Origin: Octopus sinensis
Lineage: Eukaryota
Direction: 5' to 3'
DNA length: 64,000 nucleotides
Assembly: GCF_006345805.1 (NCBI RefSeq)
Contig: NC_043022.1
Location: 3,658,001-3,722,000 of the forward strand
The notes beneath the pieces are model-generated. The model was not told the DNA's origin. It was given only the letters and a program-made list of their open reading frames with translations, and did not search any database. The position numbers were made by a program, and so were the translations under genes. This document shows, piece after piece, positions 21,911-34,625 of this stretch (its first letter is position 1; each line of letters begins with the position of its first letter).

Positions 21911-24900
21911 CAGTATTGGTATTAGTAGTTTGGTAATGTTAGTAGTCGAATTAGTAGTTGAGTTAGTAGTTTAGTAATGTTAGTAGACGAGTTAGTAGTT
22001 TAGTAATGTTAGTAGTTGAGTTAATAGTTTAGTAATGTTGGTAGTAGAATTAGTAATTGAGTTAGTAGTTTAGTAATGTTAGTACACGAGTTAGTAGTTT
22101 AGTGACGTTAGTAGTCAAGTTAGTAGTTTAGTAACATTAGTAGTCGAGTTAGTAGTTTAGTAATGTTAGTAGTTGAGTTAGTAGTTGAATTATTAGTTGA
22201 GTTAGTAGTTTAGTGACGTTAGTTGTTTAGTAATGTTAGTAGTCAAGTTAATAGTTTAGTGACGTTAGTAGTTGAGTTAGTAGAGTTAGTAGTTTAGTAA
22301 TGTTAGTAGTCGAGTTAGTAGTTTAGTAATGATAGTAGATGAGTTAGTAGTTGAGTGACGTTAGTAGTTGAGTTAGTAGTTGAGTGACGTTAGTAGTTGA
22401 GTTAGTAGTTTAGTAATGTTAGTAGTCGAGTTAGTAGTTTAGTGACATTAGTAGTTTAGTAATGCTAGTAATCGAGTTAGTAGTTTAGTAATGTTAGTAG
22501 ATGAGTTAGTTGTTTAGTGACGTTAGTAGTTTAGTAATGTTAGTAGTTTAATGATGTTAGTAGTCGAGTTAGTAGTTTAGTGACGTTAGTAGTCGAGTTA
22601 GTAGTTTAGTAATGTTAGTAGTCAAGTTAGTAGTTTAGTGACGTTAGTAATCGAGTTAGTAGTTTAGTAATGTTAGTAATCGAGTTAGTAGTTTAGTAAT
22701 GTTAGTAATCGAGTTAGTAGTTTAGTAATGTTAGTAGTCGAGTTAGTAGTTTTATGATGTTAGTAGACGAGTTAGTAGTTTAGTGACGTTAGTAGACAAG
22801 TTAGTAGTTTAGTGACGTTAGTAGACGAGTTAGTAGTTTAGTAATGATAGTAGATGAGTTAGTAGTTGAGTGACGTTAGTAGTTGAGTTAGTAGTTTAGT
22901 AATGTTAGTAGTCGAGTTAGTAGTTTAGTGACATTAGTAGTTTAGTAATGCTAGTAATCGAGTTAGTAGTTTAGTAATGTTAGTAGATGAGTTAGTTGTT
23001 TAGTGACGTTAGTAGTTTAGTAATGTTAGTAGAAGAGTTAGTAGTTTAGTGACGTTAGTAGACGAGTTAGTAGTTTAGTGACGTTAGTAGACGAGTTAGT
23101 GGTTTAGTGACGTTAGTAGACGAGTTAGTGGTTTAGTGACGTTAGTAGACGAGTTAGTGGTTTAGTGACGTTAGTAGACGAGTTAGTGGTTTAGTGACGT
23201 TAGTAGACGAGTTAGTGGTTTAGTGACGTCAGTAGACGAGTTAGTGGTTTAGTGACGTCAGTAGACGAGTTAGTGGTTTAGTGACGTCAGTAGACGAGTT
23301 AGTGGTTTAGTGACGTCAGTAGACGAGTTAGTGGTTTAGTGACGTCAGTAGACGAGTTAGTGGTTTAGTGACGTCAGTAGACGAGTTAGTGGTTTAGTGA
23401 CGTCAGTAGACGAGTTAGTGGTTTAGTGACGTCAGTAGACGAGTAGTGGTTTAGTGACGTCAGTAGACGAGTTAGTGGTTTAGTGACGTCAGTAGACGAG
23501 TTAGTGGTTTAGTGACGTCAGTAGACGAGTTAGTGGTTTAGTGACGTCAGTAGACGAGTTAGTGGTTTAGTGACGTCAGTAGACGAGTTAGTGGTTTAGT
23601 GACGTCAGTAGAGAGTTAGTGGTTTAGTGACGTCAGTAGACGAGTTAGTGGTTAGTGACGTCAGTAGACGAGTTAGTGGTTTAGGACGTCAGTAGAAGAG
23701 TTAGTGGTTTAGTGACGTCAGTAGACGAGTTAGTGGTTTAGTGACGTCAGTAGACGAGTTAGTGGTTTAGTGACGTCAGTAGACGAGTTAGTGGTTTAGT
23801 GACGTCAGTAGACGAGTTAGTGGTTTAGTGACGTCAGTAGACGAGTTAGTGGTTTAGTGACGTTAGTAGACGAGTTAGTGGTTTAGTGACGTTAGTAGAC
23901 GAGTTAGTAGTTTAGTGACGTTAGTAGACGAGTTAGTGGTTTAGTGACGTTAGTAGACGAGTTAGTAGTTTAGTGACGTTAGTAGACGAGTTAGTAGTTT
24001 AGTGACGTTAGTAGACGAGTTAGTAGTTTAGTGACGTTAGTAGACGAGTTAGTAGTTTAGTGACGTTAGTAGACGAGTTAGTGGTTTAGTGATGTTAGTA
24101 GATGAGTTAGTAGTTTGTTAGTAGACGAGTTTGTAGTTTAGTGACTTTAGTAGACGAGTTAGTAGTTTAGTGACGTTAGTAGTCGAGTTAGTAGTTTAGT
24201 GACGTTAGTAGTCGAGTTAGTAGTTTAGTGACGTTAGTAGTCGAGTTAGTAGTTTAGTGACGTTAGTAGTCGAGTTAGTGGTTTAGTGACGTTAGTAGTC
24301 GAGTTAGTGGTTTAGTGACGTTAGTAGTCGAGTTAGTAGTAGTTTAGTGACGTTAGTAGTCGAGTTAGTAGTTTAGTCGAGTTAGTGGTTAGTGACGTTA
24401 GTAGTCGAGTTAGTGGTTTAGTGACGTTAGTAGTCGAGTTCGTGGTTTAGTGACGTTAGTAGTCGAGTTCGTGGTTTAGTGACGTTAGTAGTCGAGTTCG
24501 TGGTTTAGTGACGTTAGTAGTCGAGTTCGTGGTTTAGTGACGTTAGTAGTCGAGTTCGTGGTTTAGTGACGTTAGTAGTCGAGTTCGTGGTTTAGTGACG
24601 TTAGTAGTCGAGTTCGTGGTTTAGTGACGTTAGTAGTCGAGTTCGTGGTTTAGTGACGTTAGTAGACGAGTTAGTGGTTTAGTGACGTTAGTAGACGAGT
24701 TAGTGGTTTAGTGACGTTAGTAGACGAGTTAGTGGTTTAGTGACGTTAGTAGACGAGTTAGTGGTTTAGTGACGTTAGTAGACGAGTTAGTGGTTTAGTG
24801 ACGTTAGTAGACGAGTTAGTGGTTTAGTGACGCTAGTAGACGAGTTAGTGGTTTAGTGACGCTAGTAGTCGAGTTAGTGGTTTAGTGACGCTAGTAGTCG

Positions 24901-27900
24901 AGTTAGTGGTTTAGTGACGCTAGTAGTCGAGTTAGTAGTTTAGTGACGCTAGTAGTCGAGTTAGTAGTTTAGTGACGCTAGTAGTCGAGTTAGTAGTTTA
25001 GTGACGCTAGTAGTCGAGTTAGTAGTTTAGTGACGCTAGTAGTCGAGTTAGTAGTTTAGTGACGCTAGTAGTCGAGTAGTAGTTAGTGACGCTAGTAGTC
25101 GAGTTAGTAGTTTAGTGACGCTAGTAGTCGAGTTAGTAGTTAGTGACGCTAGTAGTCGAGTTAGTAGTTTAGTGACGCTAGTAGTCGAGTAGTAGTTTAG
25201 TGACGCTAGTAGTCGAGTTAGTAGTTTAGTGACGCTAGTAGTCGAGTTAGTAGTTTAGTACGCTAGTAGTAGTCGAGTTAGTAGTTTAGTGACGCTAGTA
25301 GTCGAGTTAGTAGTTTAGTGACGCTAGTAGTCGAGTTAGTAGTTTAGTGACGCTAGTAGTCGAGTTAGTAGTTTAGTGACGCTAGTAGTCGAGTTAGTAG
25401 TTTAGTGACGCTAGTAGTCGAGTTAGTAGTTTAGTGACGCTAGTAGTCGAGTTAGTAGTTTAGTGACGCTAGTAGTCGAGTTAGTAGTTTAGTGACGCTA
25501 GTAGTCGAGTTAGTAGTTTAGTGACGCTAGTAGTCGAGTTAGTAGTTTAGTGACGCTAGTAGTCGAGTTAGTAGTTTAGTGACGCTAGTAGTCGAGTTAG
25601 TAGTTTAGTGACGCTAGTAGTCGAGTTAGTAGTTTAGTGACGCTAGTAGTCGAGTTAGTAGTTTAGTGACGCTAGTAGTCGAGTTAGTAGTTTAGTGACG
25701 CTAGTAGTCGAGTTAGTAGTTTAGTGACGCTAGTAGTCGAGTTAGTAGTTTAGTGACGCTAGTAGTCGAGTTAGTAGTTTAGTGACGCTAGTAGTCGAGT
25801 TAGTAGTTTAGTGACGCTAGTAGTCGAGTTAGTAGTTTAGTGACGCTAGTAGTCGAGTTAGTAGTTTAGTGACGCTAGTAGTCGAGTTAGTAGTTTAGTG
25901 ACGCTAGTAGTCGAGTTAGTAGTTTAGTGACGCTAGTAGTCGAGTTAGTAGTTTAGTGACGCTAGTAGTCGAGTTAGTAGTTTAGTGACGCTAGTAGTCG
26001 AGTTAGTAGTTTAGTGACGCTAGTAGTCGAGTTAATACTTTAGTAATGTTAGTAGTCAAGTTAGTAGTTTAGTCGAGTTAGTAGTTTAGTAACGTTAGAA
26101 GTTGAGTTAGTAGTTTAGTAACGTTAGTAGCTGAGTTAGTAGTTTAGTAACGTTAGTAGTCGAATTATTAATGTTTGTAATCAAGTTAGTAGTTTAGTAA
26201 TGTTAGTGTTGGTGATTTAGTAATGTTAGTATTGATATTAGTAGTTTAGTAATGTTACTAATCGAGTTAGTAGTTTAATAATGTTAGTAACTGAGTTAGT
26301 AGTTTAGTATTTGTGTTAGTAGATTAGTAATGTCAGTATTGGTGTAAGTAGTTTAGTAATTAATGTAATAAAGTTAGTTTAGTAATGTTAGTAATAAAGT
26401 TAGTATTTTAATAATGTTAGTAAATGTTTGTAGTTTAGTAATTTTAGTGTTGGTGTTAGTAGTTTAGTAATTATTATAAGAAAGTTACTAGTTTAGAAAT
26501 GTTAGTAATTGTGCTAGTAGTTTAGTAATATTAGTATTAGTAGTTTTGTAATGTTAGTATTGGCATTAGTATTTTAGAAATGTTAGTGTTAGTATTAATA
26601 GTTTAGTAATTAATGTAATAAAGTTGGTAGTTTAGTAAAGTTAGTATCAGTGTTAATAGTTTAGTTATAAAAGTATCGGTGTTGCTTAATAATATTAGTA
26701 TTGCTGCTAACAGTTTCATAATATTAGTACAAGTATTAGTAGTTTAGGAAATATCAGTTTAGTAATGCTAATATTAATATTAGTGTTAGTAGTTTGATAA
26801 TGTTAGTATTTGTGTTCATATTTCAGGTATTAGTAGTTTAGCAATATTAGTATTACCATTAGTAGTTTACACATGTTACTATTGGTACCAATAATTTAGT
26901 TATTTTAGTATTAGTAGTTTAGTAATATTTGTTTTTTATTAGTAAAGTACCATTTTATTGGTATTAGTAGTTTAGTAATGTTAGTATTGGTGGTTCAGTT
27001 ATTTGTATAGTAACATAAGTATCAGTGCTAGTAGTTTAGTGTTAGCATTAGTCTTCATAGTTTAATAATATTAGTTGTTTAGTAAACTTAGTATTATAGT
27101 ACTTTAGTAATGTTAGCACTGGTGATGGTAGTTTAGTAATATTTGTTTCAGTATTAATATTTTAACAACATTAGTATTAGTTTTGGTAACTTTGTAATGT
27201 TAGTAGTATTAGTGTTAGCAGTTTAGTAATATTAGTATTCTGTTAGTAGTTTGCAATTGTTAGTATTGGTGTTAATAGTTTAGTGAAGTTAGTATTAGTA
27301 TTGGTAGTTTAATAATATTAGTTTTATTATTAGTATTTCAGGTATATTAATTGCTTAGTAATGTATTAGTAGTAATGTTAGTGTTGGTAGTTTAGTAATA
27401 TTATTATTAGAGTTAGTAATTTAGTAAATGTTAGTAACCAAGTTAGTAGTTTAGTAACGTTAGCAGTCAAGTTAGTAATGTTTGTAATCGAGTTAGTAGT
27501 TCACTAATGTTAATAGTTGAGTTAGTAGTTTAGTAATGTCAGTAGTCAAGTTAGTTTAGTAATGTTAGTAGTTGAGTTAGTTTAGTAATATTAGTATTGG
27601 TGTTAGTAGTTTAGTAATGTTAGTAACCAAGTTAGCAGTTTAGTAATGTTAGTATTGGTGCTAGTAGTTTAGTAATGTTAGTAACCAAGTTAGTAGTTTA
27701 GTAATGTTAGTATTGGTGTTAGTAGTTTAATAATGTTAATGTTGGTGTTAGTAGTTTAGTAATGCTAGTGTTAGTAGTTTAGTAATGTATTAGAGTTAGT
27801 AGCTTAGTAATATTAGTATTGGTGTTGGTAATTTAGTAATATTAGTTTTGGTGTTAGTAGTTTAGTAATGTTAGTATTAGAGTTAGAAGTTTAGTAATGT

Positions 27901-28340
27901 TAATATTGGTGTTAGTAGTTTAGTAATGTTTAGCATTAATGTTAGTATTTTAGTAGTATTAGTACTGGTAGTAGTTTCGTGTTTGTATTGTTATTAGTAG
28001 TTTAGTATTGATGTTAGTTGTTCAAGTATATGTTAGCATTTTCATTAGTAGTTTAGTAACATTGATATTGGTAGTTTAATGGTGTTAATAGTTTTGTAGT
28101 TTAGTAATCATTGGTTTACTGGTGTTAGTAATGTCAGAAATTCAGTAATATTAATATCGGTATAAATAATTTAGTCATTATCATTGATGCTAGTAACTTA
28201 GTAATGTTATTATTGGTATTAGTAGGTTAGTGTTGATATTTGTACATTAGTAATCTTAGTATTAGTGGTTCAGTGTTGTTCGTAATTTATCAATGTAATT
28301 AGTGATGTTAGTAGTTATGTTCGTATTGGTAGTAGTATTT
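21911..28340. repeat. ~6.4 kb satellite with a 29-bp unit: homogeneous core ~23040-26035 and degenerate flanks
   Basis: A representative unit is GTCGAGTTAGTAGTTTAGTGACGCTAGTA. The register shifts by 2 nt per 60-nt line, giving period 29. The ORF track has nothing between 21755 and 28956. Confidence 0.97.
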
Positions 28341-30820
28341 ACATAGACCACCTATCATTAGTTAAATACCAATGTGTTTAGTAGGTTGAGAATACCATGT
28401 TCATACTTCACCAATAGTTATTTCAGTAATTAGTTTGTATGCTTCATTAATTACTCAATATAGTTTTATTAGAGTTCATTAAAACTTATCTCATGTGAGT
28501 CATTAACAATTAACTTAATAGTATTAGTAATTAGTTAAAACGATTATGTGGTTTTTAGAAATGTTTTAGTGTCACCTTTATGTATTAATTAATGTTAATA
28601 TGTTAATAATTTCATAGCTTTAATTAATATGTCAATGATTTAGCTAAAATTTTTAACACAGGTGTTAGTAATTAATAAAATGATGTCAGTATTAATGTTT
28701 GTATATCTTTATTATTAGTAGTATGCAGTAATTAATATTAGTAATTTAACGATGGTTTAGTGTGTTTAATAATTTGTTGATGATACCAGTTTTAGTGCTC
28801 AGGTAATTTTTGGCTGTATGAATTAATTCATTCCTAATTGCCACTTGTTAATTAAGACTTTGTAAAGCAAGACGAATGTAATGATGCATGGCTTAGTGGT
28901 TAGGGTGTTGGATTTATGAGCATGAGGTTGTAGGTTTCGATTCCTGGACTGGGCGATGCACTGTGTTCTTGAGCAAGACACTTCATTTCACTTATATGTA
29001 TATACATATATATATGTCATATATATACATATATATGACAGGCTTCTTTCAGTTTCCATCTACCAAATCCACTCACAAGGCATTGGTCGGCCCGGGGCTA
29101 TAGCAGAAGACATTTGCCCAAGATGCCACGCAGTGGGACTGAACCCGGAACCATGTGGTTGGTAAGCCACCTACTTACCACACAGCCACTCCTGATGATC
29201 TTTAGCGTCTTAGGTGTACTCATCCTCTTGGACATCATCGTTGGCCAGTATAAATCAATGTCTCTTGTCTTTTACCGTTTACTGGTTTCAGTCATTGGAT
29301 TGCGGCCCTGCTGGAGCACTGCACAGAAGGGTTGAGTCAAACAAATTAACACCAGTAATTTTTTTTTTTTAGTCTGGTACTTATGCTATATTGGTCTCTT
29401 TTGCTGAACTGCTAAGTTGTGCTTAAGTTATACTTAAGCAAATTTACACCAATTCTCAAGTGGTGAGGGGACAAACACCAACACACACACACACACATAT
29501 GATGGCTTCCACACAGTTTCCATCTACCTAATCTACTCAAAGTCTTGGTTGGCCTGGGGTTGTAGTACAAAGACATTTGCTCAAGGTGCTGCACAGTGGG
29601 ACTGAACTCAAGGCTACAGGGCTGCAAAGCAAGACCCTTAACCACACACCCATATTAGGCAAACTTTTATCCTCAGAAAATTCTCATAAAAATGAGAACT
29701 CAAAAATCAGAAGCTTGCAAACCAAGACCTTTTATCTTTTACTTGTTTCAGTGATTTGATTCCGGCCATGCTGGAGCACCGCCCTTAGTCGAGCAAATCG
29801 ACCCCGGGACTTATTCTTTGTAATCCCAGTACTTATTCTATCGGACTCTTTTGCCGAACCGCTAAGTGACGGGGACGTAAACACACCAGCATCGGTTGTC
29901 AAGCAATGCTAGGAGGACAAACACAGACACACAAACATATACGCACACATAAATATATATATATATACACAGGCTTCTTTCAGTTTCCATCTACCAAATC
30001 CACTCACAAGGCATTGGTCGGCCCGGGGCTATAGCAGAAGACACTTGCCCAAGATGCCACGCAGTGGGACTGAACCCGGAATCATGTGGTTGGTAAACAA
30101 GCTACTTACCACACAGCCACTCCTGCACCTACTTTTATAATACCTATAATAATGTGTGCAGCGTTAAATAAAGGGGTCATGTGATAAAAAGGTCCTTCTG
30201 CTGCTAGGGTTGCTAAAATGAGTGGCGCAGTGTTAGTGGTGGAGGGAGAGCCTGCCTCAGATGGCATTTGTGGGGCGTAGCACTTTGTGTTTAACACGAA
30301 GGATGGGGGGACAGTAGTCTGAAGGACCAGTCTGAATAGTATAAGCTATCTATGCTGCTCATTCCAGCAATGACCATCCCATCTACTTGTAAACGTCATA
30401 TACTTTGGGCTACAGAAATTTCATGTGTCCTTCCTTTATTTTAAGTCGTAATTCAAAGGAGATTTAGCTGCTATTTCAAATACTTTGAATGACCATATAC
30501 AGGTGTTTTCATTATCTCAGCATCAGTAATTTATTTGCAGTAATAACAGACATTTCTTTGTTAAATACATTTAGGGGTGGGTCACATTATCCAGCATGGG
30601 AGTTTTTCTAAGGATATAGACTGTGATTCATTACTTTCAAAATTAATTTAAACAAAGGCAGTGTCTTTCAACACAAATATGGTAACAAAAGGGTTAAAGT
30701 GATCTAAAGTAAAACCTTCCATCAAAAGTTCCAAACACCAGATTAATAAGTACAAAATTATTTTACTAAATTCATTATTCTCAAAATTAATTGAAACAAC
30801 GTCAATGTTTTTCATTATTT

Positions 30821-31205
30821 GGAAGCACTCCGTCGGTTACGACGACGAGGGTTCCGGTTGATCCGAATCAACGGAACAGCTTGCTCGTGAAGTTAACGTG
30901 TAAGTGGCTGAGCACTCCACAGACACGTGTACCCTTAACGTAGTTCTCGGGGATATTCAGCGTGACACAGAGAGTGACAAGGCCGGCCCTTTGAAATACA
31001 GGTACAACAGAAATAGAAAGTAAGAGTGAGAGAAAGTTGTGGTGAAAGAGTACAGCAGGGATCACCACCATCCCCTGCCGAAGCCTTGTGGAGCTTTTAG
31101 GTGTTTTCGCTCAATAAACACTCACAACGCCTGGTCTGGGAATCGAAACCACGATCCTACGACCGCGAGTCCGCTGTCCTAACCACTGGGCCATTGCGCC
31201 CCCAC
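30821..31205 (-). mobile_element. tRNA-derived SINE, family A
   Basis: Reverse copy with an 11-bp TSD. Confidence 0.82.
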
Positions 31206-31677
31206 GTTTTTCATTAGCAATATGGTAACAAAAGGGTTAAAGTGATCTAAAATTAAACGTTGTCAAAATATGTTAATTTATGTTCCAAATGACAAAGTTC
31301 TTTTACTAAATTCATTATTTTCAAAAAGTCTGGTAATTAAAAAAGTTAAATTGATAACAAAAATAATGTTGACGATGGTGTTAGTATTTTGTTAGAGTTA
31401 GTACCAACGTAAGTACTTCAGTTGTGTTAGTATCCAGGTTGGTAATAAAAACATTGCAACAGAGTTAGAATTAGTGTTAGCGGTTCAATAAACATCAATC
31501 CAATTGTGTTAGTAACGTGGATGGCCATGGAAAGAACGGGTGAGGTTAGATTCAAGGATGTTAGTTCTTGCAGACAAGATTCGTTTTTTTTTTTACACAA
31601 TTATGAAGAACATACCATATACTGATGACAGGGCCGACCTATACTGCTCATGCAGCAACATGGATTGATGATGATGT

Positions 31678-31708
<31 letters not shown>

Positions 31709-32333
31709 TCATCTATACTTTGCATAAATATACTAATGCATTGAACCTAGTATGTAATTGTTTTTATTAATTGCTTATTTCATTTGCATATTATTTTCCA
31801 AGTGAAGGCACATAGCTTTGTGGTTAAAGTAACCGGCTCATGATTATAAAATCATGAGTTCAATTCCCAGCAACACGTTGTGTCCTTGATCTAGACACTT
31901 TCCACTCAACCGGCAAAAAAAATGAATTGAAAGAAACACAGAAATACGGTAACAGAAGGGGACAGTAAAATATTAGAAACCAAATAAAATATAATGAAAT
32001 TGAAAAAGAAAAATGCAAATCAATTCTTGAAATTTCAAGGAGTTTTGTTTAGTTCATTTGGTTTTCTGGAGACCTTTTGTTCAATTTTAAAGGAAAAAAT
32101 TCTGGGAAAATGCTTACAATGTATCAGAGACCAGGAGAGTAACAAACATCAGACCATGGATCATTAGGTTTTAAATTATATTTCTATTTTATCAACTATC
32201 ACAGTCTGTTGGGTGTTTTTGCCTTAAAGGGGTAAAGACCCCCTTCAGTCATGAATGACCATGGGATTGCACCTTGAAAGTTACCCTCCGAGGCACAAGT
32301 CCGGGCAAGGTTGTTTGTGGAAGACCAGCATAC

Positions 32334-32570
32334 CTATTTCTTTATTGCCCGCAAGGGGCTAAACATAGAGGGGACAAACAAGGACAGACATAGGTATTAA
32401 GTCGATTACATCGACCCCAGTGCGTAACTGGTACTTAATTTATCGACCCCCGAAAGGATGAAAGGCAAAGTCGACTTCGGCGGAATTTGAACTCACAACG
32501 TAACAGCAGCCAAAATACCGCTAAGCATTTCGCCCGATGTGCTAACGTTTCTGCCAGCTCGCCGCCTTAA
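32334..32570 (-). mobile_element. SINE family C full-length monomer nested in another SINE-like repeat
   Basis: tRNA-like head (GGCGAGCTGGCAGAA...GAGTTCAAATTCC) and a 14-bp TSD GAAGACCAGCATAC (32320-32333 and 32571-32584). Confidence 0.85.
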
Positions 32571-32796
32571 GAAGACCAGCATACCAGCCTCCCCTCTCCA
32601 TGCCACTGATGCTATCCAAGGGAAAGGCAAAGGGGCCGATACAGTTTGGCACCAGAGACATCGCAACTCATTTCTACAGCTGAGTGAACTGGAGCAACGT
32701 GAAATAAAGTGTCTTGCTCAAGAACACAACTCGCATCTAACCACTGAGTCTTATATGTATAATATACAAGTATTATGTGTGTGTGTTTGTATGTAA

Positions 32797-33191
32797 TCTT
32801 TATATATAAAAGTGAAGTTGTGTGTCTGTCTCCTACGATTTAGATTCCTAACTACTCCCACATTTTGCGGTGCAGTTAAACCAAAACCGGGTATCTTATA
32901 GTCATGATTCATATCGAGCCCTTCTGGGTATTAGCGCGCGTCTACGATGAGTCTACGATTTAAAAAAAATTTACCATCATCTTTTTCCATTTTAATGCAT
33001 TTTTTCGCTATTATATAAGGGAAGTTACTCTCTAAAAATGTCTACGATGAGTCAACAATTTAAAAAAAACTTACCATCATTTTTTTCCATTTTTAGTGTA
33101 TTTTTTTGGAATTTTTTGGCTATAACTCTCTAAAAATGCTTATATAGTTATTTCCCTTACAAACCCGAGCAACGCCGGGCGATACTGCTAG
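32797..33191 (+). mobile_element. Non-autonomous Helitron, family A
   Basis: A|TC start, subterminal hairpin and CTAG|T end, no TSD. Confidence 0.85.
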
Positions 33192-33396
33192 TTAAATTAT
33201 ATAGTGTGCATTATATTGTTTTGTTTTGCATGGGATTTCTTGGACTGTGATGCCAAAACGGTTGGAGATGATTATACCTGAAGACAGAGGTACTAGTGAT
33301 GACAGAAATATATGACAGAGTGGGGTTTAGAGGACACAACATACAACAACAAGAAAGAAGCACAGGAAAAAGCACAACAATAAATAAACAAACACC

Positions 33397-33430
<34 letters not shown>

Positions 33431-33438
<8 letters not shown>

Positions 33439-33656
33439 GTTGTATACTGTCAATTTAACATGACAGTAGGGAATTACACCACCGCTGTTCAGCCCTAGGA
33501 AGCATTGATGCCTCCTAATGGCTTCGACACATTTTTTCCTGTGTCCTTATATATTTACGAAGGGGAGACCAGGAGGCGTCGATGCTTCCTAGGGCTAAAC
33601 AGCAGTGGTGTAATCCCCTACTGTCACGTTAAATTGACAATATACAACCATTCTAT
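33431..33656. mobile_element. Foldback/MITE-like element with 86-bp inverted arms
   Basis: Arms 33431-33516 and 33571-33656 match at 79 of 86 positions, with a 54-nt loop. Confidence 0.75.
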
Positions 33657-33696
33657 CGCCCCCACCACCATACATATCTCTATGAGATATTTAGAA

Positions 33697-33741
<45 letters not shown>

Positions 33742-34590
33742 ATATAAAAAAGAAAAGAAGCCCTTTGTGAGAATTTTTTTTACACAAAAAAGATAAAACA
33801 AAAACTTTGGAACCCATAAGAAACAAGATTTCAATCACTCCTAGCTGTGTCGCGGCCCAAAACCTGAGAGTGAGTCCAGTTATTTCAGACCATTGTACAG
33901 GTGAGAGAGCACCTGCACAAAATACTGCACAGATCCGTCATTAATCCTCATTCCTGGGGGATAGCTTGAGCGTTATTCTGAGCAAGAGATAATGAAACAA
34001 AAAAAAAAATGAATATAGTTGTTACTAGTCTTGACCCAAGCTAAACAACAGTGATTTTTTTTCTTGTAAGGGGGTGGGGAATTTTGGCTTTTATTTTCTA
34101 TGATTTTTTTTAATGATTTTTTTTTGATGATTTTTTTTCTTTACTTGAAACAGATAAAAATATTTGTGTCAAACAGAGTCTCCATGTCCACCCATTTGTC
34201 TATGTTGCATCATTGTTAATTTTAGTAAAGTCTTGGTTTTATTGTTTGTGGTAAATAAAGCACATGGCTTTGTTGTTGTTGTTGCTGTTGCAGTGAGAGA
34301 GTGTTTTGTTTTCTTTTTGTCGGTATTTTACATTTATGACTAACACAAACACACACACAAAAACACATATATATATACTCTTACTCTTTACTTGTTTCAG
34401 TCATTTGACTGTGGCCATGCTGGGGCACTGCCTTTAGTCGAACAAATCGACCCCAGGACTTATTCTTTTGTAAGCCCAGTACTTATTCTATCAATCTCTT
34501 TTGCCGAACCGCTAAGTTACAGGGATGTAAACACACCAGCATCGGTTGTCAAGCGATGTTGGGGGGACAAACACAGACACACAAACATAT

Positions 34591-34625
<35 letters not shown>

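Noticed and set aside
21911-28340. CRISPR-like array or interstitial telomere
   Set aside because: The units are contiguous with no unique spacers, the context is eukaryotic with no cas genes, and the motif is TTAGT, not TTAGGG or TTAGG.
33275-33320. CTGAAGA ... GAAATATATG; also CTGAGGA on - near 46404 and CTGATGA at 4709, 29192, 31623 and 38150(-)
   Set aside because: There is no valid stem I/II pairing or no GAAA-UH in the required position, as expected by chance.
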